From Macrostomum lignano (Eukaryota): a stretch of 24,507 nucleotides of DNA. Location: assembly GCA_002269645.1 (NCBI GenBank), contig NIVC01005156.1, positions 1 through 24,507 on the forward strand. The letters are read 5' to 3'. Under the pieces are notes generated by a model. The model was not told where the DNA came from. It ran no database searches and was given only the letters and a program-made list of their open reading frames with translations. Positions 8,736-20,400 of this stretch are shown here, piece after piece. The position numbers and the translations under genes are program-made. Within the stretch, counting starts at the first letter, position 1. The number at the start of each line of letters is the position of its first letter.

Positions 8736-10196
8736 TTTTTACATGACGCTTCTATGATTTTTTACATGACGCTTCTATGATTTTTACATGACGCTTCTAT
8801 GATTTTTTACATGACGCTTCTATGATTGTTTACATGACGCTTCTATGATTTTTACATGACGCTTCTATGATTTTTTACATGACGCTTCTATGATTGTTTA
8901 CGTGACGCTTCTATGATTTTTACATGACGCTTCTATGATTTTTACATGACGCTTCTATGATTTTTTACATGACGCTTCTATGATTTTTACATGACGCTTC
9001 TATGATTTTTTTACATGACGCTTCTATGATTGTTTACACGACGCTTCTATGATTTTTACATGACGCTTCTATGATTGTTTACATGACGCTTCTATGATTT
9101 TTTAATGACGCTTCTATGATTTTTATATGACGCTTCTACGATTTGTTACATGACGCTTCTATGATTTTTACATGACGCTTCTATGATTTTTATATGACGC
9201 TTCTATGATTTTTACATGACGCTTCTATGATTGTTTACATGACGCTTCTATGATTGTTTACATGACGCTTCTATGATTTTTATATGACGCTTCTACGATT
9301 TTTACATGACGCTTCTATGATTGTTTACATGACGCTTCTATGATTGTTTACATGACGCTTCTATGATTGTTTACATGACGCTTCTATGATTTTTATATGA
9401 CGCTTCTACGATTTTTACATGACGCTTCTATGATTGTTTACATGACGCTTCTATGATTTTTTATATGACGCTTCTATGATTTTTACATGACGCTTCATGA
9501 TTGTTTACATGACGCTTCTATGATTGTTTACATGACGCTTCTATGATTTTTATATGACGCTTCTATGATTGTTTACATGACGCTTCTATGATTGTTTACA
9601 TGACGCTTCTACGGTTTTTTACATGACGCTTCTATGATTGTTTACATGACGCTTCTATGATTGTTTACATGACGCTTCTATGATTTTTACATGACGCTTC
9701 TATGATTTTTACATGACGCTTCTATGATTTTTACATGACGCTTCTATGATTGTTTAAACGACGCTTCTATGATTTTTACATAACGCTTCTACGATATTTT
9801 ACAAGACGCTTCTCTGATTGTTTACATGACGCTTCTATGATTTTTACATGACGCTTCTATGCTTTTTATATGACGCTTCTACGATTTTTACATGACGCTT
9901 CTATGATTGTTTACATGACGCTTCTATGATTTTTTAAATGACACTTCTATGATTTTTATATGACACTTCTATGATTGTTTACATGACGCTTCTCTGATTG
10001 TTTACATGACGCTTCTATGATTGTTTACATGACGCTTCTATGATTTTTTAATGACACTTCTATGATTTTTATATGACACTTCTATGATTGTTTACATGAC
10101 GCTTCTCTGATTGTTTACATGACGCTTCTATGATTGTTTACATGACGCTTCTATGATTTTTTAAATGACGCTTCTATGATTTTTACATGACGCTTC
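8736..10196. repeat. Satellite B array in X3 (~64 monomers)
   Basis: Direct periodicity. Confidence 0.95.
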
Positions 10197-10590
10197 CTTT
10201 TAAAAAGTCTTTTAGTTTTCCTGACGTTGAAAAGCTTTAATTAAAAAAATTATACTCTATGAAAATTCGAATCATCGTCGCTGCATTTAGCAGTTCAGTT
10301 TGTTCACCTCTAGGCTAGCTCTCATCGTTTTGATAACATCAAATTTTTCACTTATTTAATTCAACACTTTAAAATCCAAGCATAGAGTAAATCACACGAA
10401 GCAGTTATGACATAATCAGTTTCTCAGTCAAAACAAAATTTTCATTTTTAGTATATAGGACTAGCTATCTTCGCCCCCCGATGGGGGACATCTGGATAGA
10501 ACCCTTGTTCTTTACAAATAACAAATAGACAGCGAAATAAAACCTTCAAAAAACAACAATAGACATTCCCTCTAAAAACAAAACATCCCA

Positions 10591-11015
10591 AGACAGCAAG
10601 CATCCTCAGACAGCATTCAAGCATCGATACCCAGGTAGCAAGCATCCCCCCGATAGCAAGCAACCCCAGATAGCAAGCATCCCCAGATAGCAAGCATTCC
10701 CCCAGACCCCAGATAGCAAGCATTCCCCAGATAGCAAGCATCCCCCCGATAGCAAGCACCGCCAGATAGCAAGCATCCCGCAGATAGCAAGCATTCCCTC
10801 AGACCCCATATAGCAAGCATCCCCCAGTTCGCAAGCATCCCCCAGATCGCAAGCATCCCCCAGACAGCAAGCAACCCTGATAGCAAGCATAACCTGGATA
10901 CAAAGATACCTTATAGATATCTAGCAACCCCTCTCAGATAGCAAGTACCCTCCACCCACAAGAGCAAGCATCCCCCTGTAAGCAAGTATCCATCCTTAAA
11001 AGGCAAGCATCCACC
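10591..11015. repeat. Satellite C (18-19-bp monomer CAGATAGCAAGCATCCCC) in the 3' arm of Y2
   Basis: About 15 clear monomers at 10591-10890, degenerate to ~11015. Confidence 0.9.
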
Positions 11016-11067
11016 AGAGAACAAGTTGCTAGTGCAACAATTTCCTTAGCTTTATAATGGTTCCATT

Positions 11068-12662
11068 TTGTTTGGCATGACACTTCTTTTATGTTTGAAA
11101 TGGGGTCTCTTTTTTGTTTAAAAAGGTGGTTCTTTAATGTTTTACATGGTGGCTATTCTGTGTTTGACATGATAGCTCTTTAATGTTTGACATGGTGGCT
11201 CTTTAATGTTTGACATGGTGGCTCTTTAATGTTTGACATGGAATCACGTATATTTTTGACATAATGGCACTTTTATGTTTGACATGGTGGCTCTTTTATG
11301 TTTGACATCGTTGCTCTTTTATGTTTGGCATGGTGGCTCTTAAATGTTCGACATGGTGGCTCTTAAATGTTTGGCATGGTGGCTCTTTTATATTTGGCAT
11401 GGTGGCTCTTTAATGTTTGACATGGTGGCTCTTTAATGTTTGACATGGTGGCTCTTTAATGTTCGCCATGGTGGCTCTTTATTGTTTGACATGGTGGCTC
11501 TTTTATGTTTGACATGGTGGCTCTTTTATGTTTGACATGGTGGCTCTTTTATGTTTGACATGGTGGCCCTTTAATGTTTGCAATGGTGGCTCTTTAATGT
11601 TTGACATGGTGGCTCTTTTATGTTTTACATGGTGGCTCTTTAATGTTCGCCATGGTGGCTCTTTAATGTTTGACATGGTGGCTCTTTAATGTTCGACATG
11701 GTGGCTCTTTAATGTTTGACATGGTGGCACTTTTATGTTTGACATGGAGTCACGTATACGTTTGACATAGTGTCTCTTCTATGTTTGACATGGTGGCTAT
11801 TTTGTGTTTGACATGATAGCTTTTTAATGTTTGACATGGTAGCTCTTTAATGTTCGCCATGGTGGCTCTTTTATGTTCGACATGGTAACTCTTTAATGTT
11901 CGCCATGGTGGCTCTTTATTGTTTGACATGGTGGCTCTTTAATGTTTAACCTGGTGGCTCTTTTATGTTTGACACGGCGGCTCTCTAGTGTTTGACAAAG
12001 TGGCTATTTAATGTTCGAAATGGTGGCTCTTTTAAGTTTGACATAAAGTCACATATATGTTTGAGATGGTGGCTCTTAAATGTTCTTCATGGTGGCTCTT
12101 AAATGTTTGACATGGTGGCTCTTTAATGTTCTTCATGGTGGCTCTTTAATATTCTACATGGTGGCTCTTTTATGTTCGACATGGTGGCTTTTTAATGTTT
12201 GACATGGTGGCTCTTTTATGTTTGACATGGTGGCTCTTTAATGTTTAACCTGGTGGCTCTTTTATGTTTGACACGGCGGCTTTCTAATGTTTGACAAAGT
12301 GGCTGTTTAATGTTCGAAATGGTGGCTCTTTACAGTTTGACATAAAGTCACATATATGTTTGACATGGTGGCTCTTAAATGTTTGACATGGTGGCTCTTA
12401 AATGTTTGACATGGTGGCTTGTTTAGGTTTGACATGGTGGCTCTTAAATGTTGGACATGGTGGCTTGTTTAGGTTTGACATGGTGGCTCTTCTATGTTTG
12501 AAATGGTGGCTTTTTAATCGTTGACATGGAGTCACGTATATGTTTGACATAGTGCTTATTTTATGTTTGACATGGTAACTCTTTTATATTCGAAATGTTG
12601 GCTCCTTAATGTTCGACATGGTGGCTCTTCTATGTTTGACATTGCGCTTCTTTTATGTTTAG
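11068..12662. repeat. Satellite A array in Y2 (~69 monomers of 23 bp)
   Basis: Direct periodicity. Confidence 0.95.
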
Positions 12663-12704
12663 AAGTTTTGTGTTTTTAAGGTGTTTTGATAAAAAAAATC
12701 TTTT

Positions 12705-12775
12705 TGCACTACTAAGATTCGAACCCAGGTCGCTACATTAGCATTCCAGTCTGTTCGCATCTTGGCTATCTCTTT
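12705..12775 (-). pseudogene. tRNA-derived segment in Y2 (best-preserved copy)
   Basis: Minus strand: TAGCCAAGATG (A box), CTGGA-ATGCTAA-TGTAG, CGAC, CTGGG-TTCGAAT-CTTAG, then T8 at 12691-12698. A-to-B box spacing is about 44 nt, as in tRNA genes. No acceptor stem. Confidence 0.55.
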
Positions 12776-13214
12776 TCAATTGGAGAACGTGAATTGTGGC
12801 CCTTATAATTCAATTCTTACAGCAAGTCAATTGAAGTAAAAAGTTATGACATAATCAATTTCTCAGTCAGCCAGTATCAGTCTCAATTTAAGTTAGCAAT
12901 ATGGTTACGCAATTTAAATCAAGTCGTGTGTGCATTTCTTCGGCACTGTTTTCAACTTGTTGTGATGCAATCTTTATCACAATCGGAATTCAGCCAGTCA
13001 GTTTTTTCTCTAGCATTCTTACAATGAATTTTAGGTCGAAAGAGCTGCTTGACCTTTGCAAAAAAGCAGGTTTTTCGAATATTTAATCCCTTTAAAAATG
13101 AGCAATTTTTTAGCCAAGATGCATGTACTGTCCCAGGAAAATTTCTGATCAAATGGTGCAAGTTTGAAGAAAATCGGTTGAGCCATTTTTTCTGAAATCA
13201 ATCGCATACCCATA

Positions 13215-13230
13215 TACATACATACATACA
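13215..13230 (+). repeat. (TACA)4 microsatellite next to the Y2 5' end
   Basis: Direct reading. Confidence 0.9.
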
Positions 13231-13580
13231 GACAACTCATTTTTAGTATATAGGATATGGTTACGCAATTTAAATCAAGTCTGGTGCTACGCTTCCACAC
13301 TGCATTTTCAATTCAAGTCGGAGTTACAATTCAGTTATGATGCAATCTATTTCAGAATCAGAATTCAACCAGTCAGTTTTTTCTCTAGCATTCTTACAAT
13401 GCATTTCAAGTCGAAAAGTTTGCTTGACCTTTGCAAAAAAGTATGTTTTTCGAATATTTAATGCCTTTAGCATCGAGCAATTTCTTAGCCACGATGCATG
13501 TACCGTCACGGGAAAATTTCTGATCGAACAGTGCAAGTTCGAACAAAATCGGTCCAGCCATTTTTTCTCTAATCGATCAC

Positions 13581-13613
<33 letters not shown>

Positions 13614-13864
13614 CACAGACAGACCATTTTTAGTATATAGGACTAGCAATCTACGCCCCCGTTGGGGAGCCAAAGAAATGCAATACACGTTTTTTTAATA
13701 AGCTACATGTATCCTTGAAATCTTAAAAAATCTCCTGTCAAACCTTGTAAGCCTTGACATGTCAGTAATCCCCCCCCACAAGCTTTAACATATCAACTTC
13801 CCCCCTTGACATCTCAGCAATGCCCCCAATAAGCCTTGGAAATCTAAAAATATCTGTCAACCTT

Positions 13865-13931
13865 CTAACCCTAACCCTAGCCTAACCCTAGCCCTAACCC
13901 TAACCTAACCCTAACCCTAACCTAACCCTAA
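13865..13931. repeat. Telomere-like tract in X4 (long form)
   Basis: As in X2 and X3. Confidence 0.85.
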
Positions 13932-14818
13932 AGCATTGAAATTTCAGTAATTCTCTCTAAGAGTCATTATAGCACTACTACAGCATTATAGCGATTCCCT
14001 GCAAGCCTCGACATCGTAGGGATTCCCAAATGAATATCTTAACTTCGACATGAAGCTTCTTTTATTTTTTACATTACGCTTTTTTAATCAGCGATCCCTC
14101 CCCTGAGGAGGCATCAAATAATGTAATAAAAAGTTTTCAATAAACTACATGTAGCTTCTGACTTTAGCCTTGAAATCTCATTTATACCCTCGTGAGCCTT
14201 GACATCTCAGCTATTCCCCCCGTAAGCCTTGACATGTCAGCGATGGCCCCCCATAAACCTTGAAATCTAAAAAATCCCGTTAACCTTGAAACCCGATAAA
14301 ATATAACCCTCAACCACACCTTACCTAAACCTAACTTTAACCCAACCTAAAGCCTTGAAATCTCAGCAATTCTTCTCCCCTAAGCCTTGACATTTTAGTG
14401 ATTCCTTCTTTAAGAATCACAGCACTATAACGATTTCCACCAGCTTTGACATCGTAGCAATTCCCAAATGAATCTTTTAACTTCGACATGACTTTTCTAT
14501 TATGTATACATAGTGCTACTTTTATTTTTTACATGACTCTTCTTCTATCAGCGCCCCCCCGTGGCGAGCCAACAAAGAATGCAATAAAAAAATTGAGTAA
14601 AGTACATGAACTTTGAATTAGCTTCTGACTTTTGCTTTGACATCTCAGAACCCCCCCCCGTAATCTCAGTTATTCTCTGAGCCTTTACGTCTCAGTTTTT
14701 CTCCCCAGCACAGCATTATAGCTGCATTTATTTTTACATGACACCCTTCATGTCTGACATGACGCTTCTTTTATTCTACCATGATGCTTCTTAATTTTTT
14801 AAATGACACTTTTATTAG

Positions 14819-16283
14819 TTTTTACATGACGCTTCTATGATTTTTTTACATGACGCTTCTATGATTTTTACATGACGCTTCTATGATTTTTTACATGACG
14901 CTTCTATGATTGTTTACATGACGCTTCTATGATTTTTACATGACGCTTCTATGATTTTTTACATGACGCTTCTATGATTGTTTACATGACGCTTCTATGA
15001 TTTTTACATGACGCTTCTATGATTTTTACATGACGCTTCTATGATTTTTACATGACGCTTCTATGATTGTTTACATGACGCTTCTATGATTTTTTTACAT
15101 GACGCTTCTATGATTGTTTACATGACGCTTCTATGATTTTTACATGACGCTTCTATGATTGTTTACATGACGCTTCTATGATTTTTTAATGACGCTTCTA
15201 TGATTTTTATATGACGCTTCTACGATTTGTTACATGACGCTTCTATGATTTTTACATGACGCTTCTATGATTTTTTATATGACGCTTCTATGATTTTTAC
15301 ATGACGCTTCATGATTGTTTACATGACGCTTCTATGATTGTTTACATGACGCTTCTATGATTTTTATATGACGCTTCTACGATTTTTACATGACGCTTCT
15401 ATGATTGTTTACATGACGCTTCTATGATTGTTTACATGACGCTTCTATGATTGTTTACATGACGCTTCTATGATTTTTATATGACGCTTCTACGATTTTT
15501 TACATGACGCTTCTATGATTGTTTACATGACGCTTCTATGATTTTTTATATGACGCTTCTATGATTTTTACATGACGCTTCATGATTGTTTACATGACGC
15601 TTCTATGATTGTTTACATGACGCTTCTATGATTTTTATATGACGCTTCTATGATTGTTTACATGACGCTTCTATGATTGTTTACATGACGCTTCTACGAT
15701 TTTTTACATGACGCTTCTATGATTGTTTACATGACGCTTCTATGATTGTTTACATGACGCTCTATGATTTTTACATGACGCTTCTATGATTTTTTACATG
15801 ACGCTTCTATGATTTTTACATGACGCTTCTATGATTGTTTACACGACGCTTCTATGATTTTTACATAACGCTTCTACGATATTTTACAAGACGCTTCTCT
15901 GATTGTTTACATGACGCTTCTATGATTTTTTACATGACGCTTCTATGCTTTTTATATGACGCTTCTACGATTTTTACATGACGCTTCTATGATTGTTTAC
16001 ATGACGCTTCTATGATTTTTTAAATGACACTTCTATGATTTTTATATGACACTTCTATGATTGTTTACATGACGCTTCTCTGATTGTTTACATGACGCTT
16101 CTATGATTGTTTACATGACGCTTCTATGATTTTTTAAATGACACTTCTATGATTTTTATATGACGCTTCTATGATTGTTTACATGACGCTTCTCTGATTG
16201 TTTACATGACGCTTCTATGATTGTTTACATGACGCTTCTATGATTTTTTAAATGACGCTTCTATGATTTTTACATGACGCTTC
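14819..16283. repeat. Satellite B array in X4 (~64 monomers)
   Basis: Direct periodicity. Confidence 0.95.
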
Positions 16284-16872
16284 CTTTTAAAAAGTCTTTT
16301 AGTTTTCCTGACGTTGAAAAGCTTTAATTAAAAAAATTATACTCTATGAAAATTCGAATCATCGTCGCTGCATTTAGCAGTTCAGTTTGTTCACCTCTAG
16401 GCTAGCTCTCATCGTTTTGATAACATCAAATTTTTCACTTATTTAATTCAACACTTTAAAATCCAAGCATAGAGTAAATCACACGAAGCAGTTATGACAT
16501 AATCAGTTTCTCAGTCAAAACAAAATTTTCATTTTTAGTATATAGGATATGGTTACGCAATTTAAATCAAGTCTGGTGCTACGCTTCCACACTGCATTTT
16601 CAATTCAAGTCGGAGTTACAATTCAGTTATGATGCAATCTATTTCAGAATCAGAATTCAACCAGTCAGTTTTTTCTCTAGCATTCTTACAATGCATTTCA
16701 AGTCGAAAAGTTTGCTTGACCTTTGCAAAAAAGTATGTTTTTCGAATATTTAATGCCTTTAGCATCGAGCAATTTCTTAGCCACGATGCATGTACCGTCA
16801 CGGGAAAATTTCTGATCGAACAGTGCAAGTTCGAACAAAATCGGTCCAGCCATTTTTTCTCTAATCGATCAC

Positions 16873-16909
<37 letters not shown>

Positions 16910-17159
16910 CACAGACAGACCATTTTTAGTATATAGGACTAGCAATCTACGCCCCCGTTGGGGAGCCAAAGAAATGCAATACACGTTTTTTTAATAAGCT
17001 ACATGTATCCTTGAAATCTTAAAAAATCTCCTGTCAAACCTTGTAAGCCTTGACATGTCAGTTATCCCCCCCCACAAGCTTTAACATATCAACTTCCCCC
17101 CTTGACATCTCAGCAATGCCCCAATAAGCCTTGGAAATCTAAAAATATCTGTCAACCTT

Positions 17160-17186
17160 CTAACCCTAACCCTAACCTAACCCTAA
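17160..17186. repeat. Telomere-like tract in X5 (short form)
   Basis: ctaaccctaaccctaacctaaccctaa. Confidence 0.8.
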
Positions 17187-18072
17187 AGCATTGAAATTTC
17201 AGTAATTCTCTCTAAGAGTCATTATAGCACTACTACAGCATTATAGCGATTCCCTGCAAGCCTCGACATCGTAGGGATTCCCAAATGAATATCTTAACTT
17301 CGACATGAAGCTTCTTTTATTTTTTACATTACGCTTTTTTAATCAGCGATCCCTCCCCTGAGGAGGCATCAAATAATGTAATAAAAAGTTTTCAATAAAC
17401 TACATGTAGCTTCTGACTTTAGCCTTGAAATCTCATTTATACCCCGTGAGCCTTGACATCTCAGCTATTCCCCCGTAAGCCTTGACATGTCAGCGATGGC
17501 CCCCATAAACCTTGAAATCTAAAAAATCCCGTTAACCTTGAAACCCGATAAAATATAACCCTCAACCACACCTGACCTAAACCTAACTTTAACCCAACCT
17601 AAAGCCTTGAAATCTCAGCAATTCTTCTCCCTAAGCCTTGACATTTTAGTGATTCCTTCTTTAAGAATCACAGCACTATAACGATTTCCACCAAGCTTTG
17701 ACATCGTAGCAATTCCCAAATGAATCTTTTAACTTCGACATGACTTTTCTTTTATGTATACATAGTGCTACTTTTATTTTTTACATGACTCTTCTTCTAT
17801 CAGCGCCCCCCCGTGGCGAGCCAACAAAGAATGCAATAAAAAAATTGAGTAAAGTACATTAACTTTGAATTAGCTTCTGACTTTTGCTTTGACATCTCAG
17901 AACCCCCCCCCCGTAATCTCAGTTATTCTCCGTGAGCCTTTACGTCTCAGTTTTTCTCCCCAGCACAGCATTATAGCTGCATTTATTTTTACATGACACC
18001 CTTCATGTCTGACATGACGCTTCTTTTATTCTACCATGATGCTTCTTAATTTTTTAAATGACACTTTATTAG

Positions 18073-19510
18073 TTTTTACATGACGCTTCTATGATTTTTT
18101 ACATGACGCTTCTATGATTTTTTTACATGACGCTTCTATGATTGTTTACATGACGCTCTGATTTTTACATGACGCTTCTATGATTTTTTACATGACGCTT
18201 CTATGATTGTTTACATGACGCTTCTATGATTTTTACATGACGCTTCTATGATTTTTACATGACGCTTCTATGATTTTTACATGACGCTTCTATGATTGTT
18301 TACATGACGCTTCTATGATTTTTTACATGACGCTTCTATGATTGTTTACACGACGCTTCTATGATTTTTACATGACGCTTCTATGATTGTTTACATGACG
18401 CTTCTATGATTTTTTAAATGACGCTTCTATGATTTTTATATGACGCTTCTACGATTTGTTACATGACGCTTCTATGATTTTTTACATGACGCTTCTATGA
18501 TTTTTTATATGACGCTTCTATGATTTTTACATGACGCTTCCATGATTGTTTACATGACGCTTCTATGATTGTTTACATGACGCTTCTATGATTTTTATAT
18601 GACGCTTCTATGATTTTTACATGACGCTTCTATGATTGTTTACATGACGCTTCTATGATTGTTTACATGACGCTTCTATGATTGTTTACATGACGCTTCT
18701 ATGATTTTTATATGACGCTTCTATGATTTTTTACATGACGCTTCTATGATTGTTTACATGACGCTTCTATGATTTTTATATGACGCTTCTATGATTTTTA
18801 CATGACGCTTCTATGATTGTTTACATGACGCTTCTATGATTGTTTACATGACGCTTCTATGATTTTTTATGACGCTTCTATGATTGTTTACATGACGCTT
18901 CTATGATTGTTTACATGACGCTTCTATTTTTTACATGACGCTTCTATGATTGTTTACATGACGCTTCTATGATTGTTTACATGACGCTTCTATGATTTTT
19001 ACATGACGCTTCTATGATTTTTTACATGACGCTTCTATGATTTTTACATGACGCTTCTATGATTGTTTACATGACGCTTCTATGATTTTTACATACGCTT
19101 CTACGATATTTTACAAGACGCTTCTATGATTGTTTACATGACGCTTCTATGATTTTTACATGACGCTTCTATGCTTTTTATATGACGCTTCTACGATTTT
19201 TTACATGACGCTTCTATGATTGTTTACATGACGCTTCTATGATTTTTTAAATGACACTTCTATGATTTTTATATGACACTTCTATGATTGTTTACATGAC
19301 GCTTCTATGATTGTTTACATGACGCTTCTATGATTGTTTACATGACGCTTCTATGATTTTTTAAATGACACTTCTATGATTTTTATATGACACTTCTATG
19401 ATTGTTTACATGACGCTTCTCTGATTGTTTACATGACGCTTCTATGATTGTTTACATGACGCTTCTATGATTTTTTAAATGACGCTTCTATGATTTTTAC
19501 ATGACGCTTC
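18073..19510. repeat. Satellite B array in X5 (~63 monomers)
   Basis: Direct periodicity. Confidence 0.95.
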
Positions 19511-20088
19511 CTTTTAAAAAGTCTTTTAGTTTTCCTGACGTTGAAAAGCTTTAATTAAAAAAATTATACTCTATGAAAATTCGAATCATCGTCGCTGCAT
19601 TTAGCAGTTCAGTTTGTTCACCTCTAGGCTAGCTCTCATCGTTTTGATAACATCAAATTTTCACTTATTTAATTCAACACTTTAAAATCCAAGCATAGAG
19701 TAAATCACACGAAGCAGTTATGACATAATCAGTTTCTCAGTCAAAACAAAATCAAGTATATTAATATGGTTACGCAATTTAAATCAAGTCTGGTGCTACG
19801 CTTCCACACTGCATTTTCAATTCAAGTCGGAGTTACAATTCAGTTATGATGCAATCTATTTCAGAATCAGAATTCAACCAGTCAGTTTTTTCTCTAGCAT
19901 TCTTACAATGCATTTCAAGTCGAAAAGTTTGCTTGACCTTTGCAAAAAAGTATGTTTTTCGAATATTTAATGCCTTTAGCATCGAGCAATTTCTTAGCCA
20001 CGATGCATGTACCGTCACGGGAAAATTTCTGATCGAACAGTGCAAGTTCGAACAAAATCGGTCAGCCATTTTTTCTCTAATCGATCAC

Positions 20089-20121
<33 letters not shown>

Positions 20122-20373
20122 CACAGACAGACCATTTTTAGTATATAGGACTAGCAATCTACGCCCCCCGTTGGGGAGCCAAAGAAATGCAATACACGTT
20201 TTTTTAATAAGCTACATGTATCCTTGAAATCTTAAAAAATCTCCTATCAAACCTTGTAAGCCTTGACATGTCAGTAATTCCCCCCCACAAGCTTTAACAT
20301 ATCAACTTCCCCCCTTGACATCTCAGCCATGCCCCCAATAAGCCTTGGAAATCTAAAAATATCTGTCAACCTT

Positions 20374-20400
20374 CTAACCCTAACCCTAACCTAACCCTAA
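20374..20400. repeat. Telomere-like tract in X6 (short form)
   Basis: Identical to the X5 tract. Confidence 0.8.

Larger units (their letters stand above)
10461..13255 (-). mobile_element. Complete non-autonomous Helitron, family Y, copy Y2 (2795 bp), nested insertion
   Basis: Minus strand: A|TCCTATATAC... at 13255; hairpin GTCCCCCATCGGGGGGC (10489-10473); GAAGATAGCTAG|T 3' end at 10461. No TSD, and empty sites are present in sister units. Confidence 0.9.
7565..13642 (-). mobile_element. Non-autonomous Helitron X3, interrupted by Y2 at 10460/10461
   Basis: CTAG at 7565-7568 and 5' TC at 13642. Removing 10461-13255 restores the ...tatagga|tatggttacg sequence seen in X1, X2 and X4. Confidence 0.85.
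13643..16938 (-). mobile_element. Non-autonomous Helitron X4 (3296 bp)
   Basis: CTAG at 13643-13646, internal mini-5' end at 16547, 5' TC at 16938. Confidence 0.85.
16939..20150 (-). mobile_element. Non-autonomous Helitron X5 (3212 bp; lacks the internal mini-5' end)
   Basis: CTAG at 16939-16942 and 5' TC at 20150. 19752-19769 reads tcaagtatattaatatgg. Confidence 0.85.

Noticed and set aside
10448-10890. Three overlapping 89-103-aa ORFs (GMLAIW / GDACYL repeats)
   Set aside because: Frame-shifted readings of satellite C.
12705-12775. Functional tRNA-Ser(GCT) gene
   Set aside because: No acceptor stem, imperfect D and anticodon stems, and no long variable arm. Kept only as a tRNA-derived relic.
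1-13255. A single large higher-order unit (Y plus several X) repeated twice
   Set aside because: Y1 is followed by an X 3' end whereas Y2 is followed by TATGG of a 5' arm, and Y1 and Y2 are clearly diverged.
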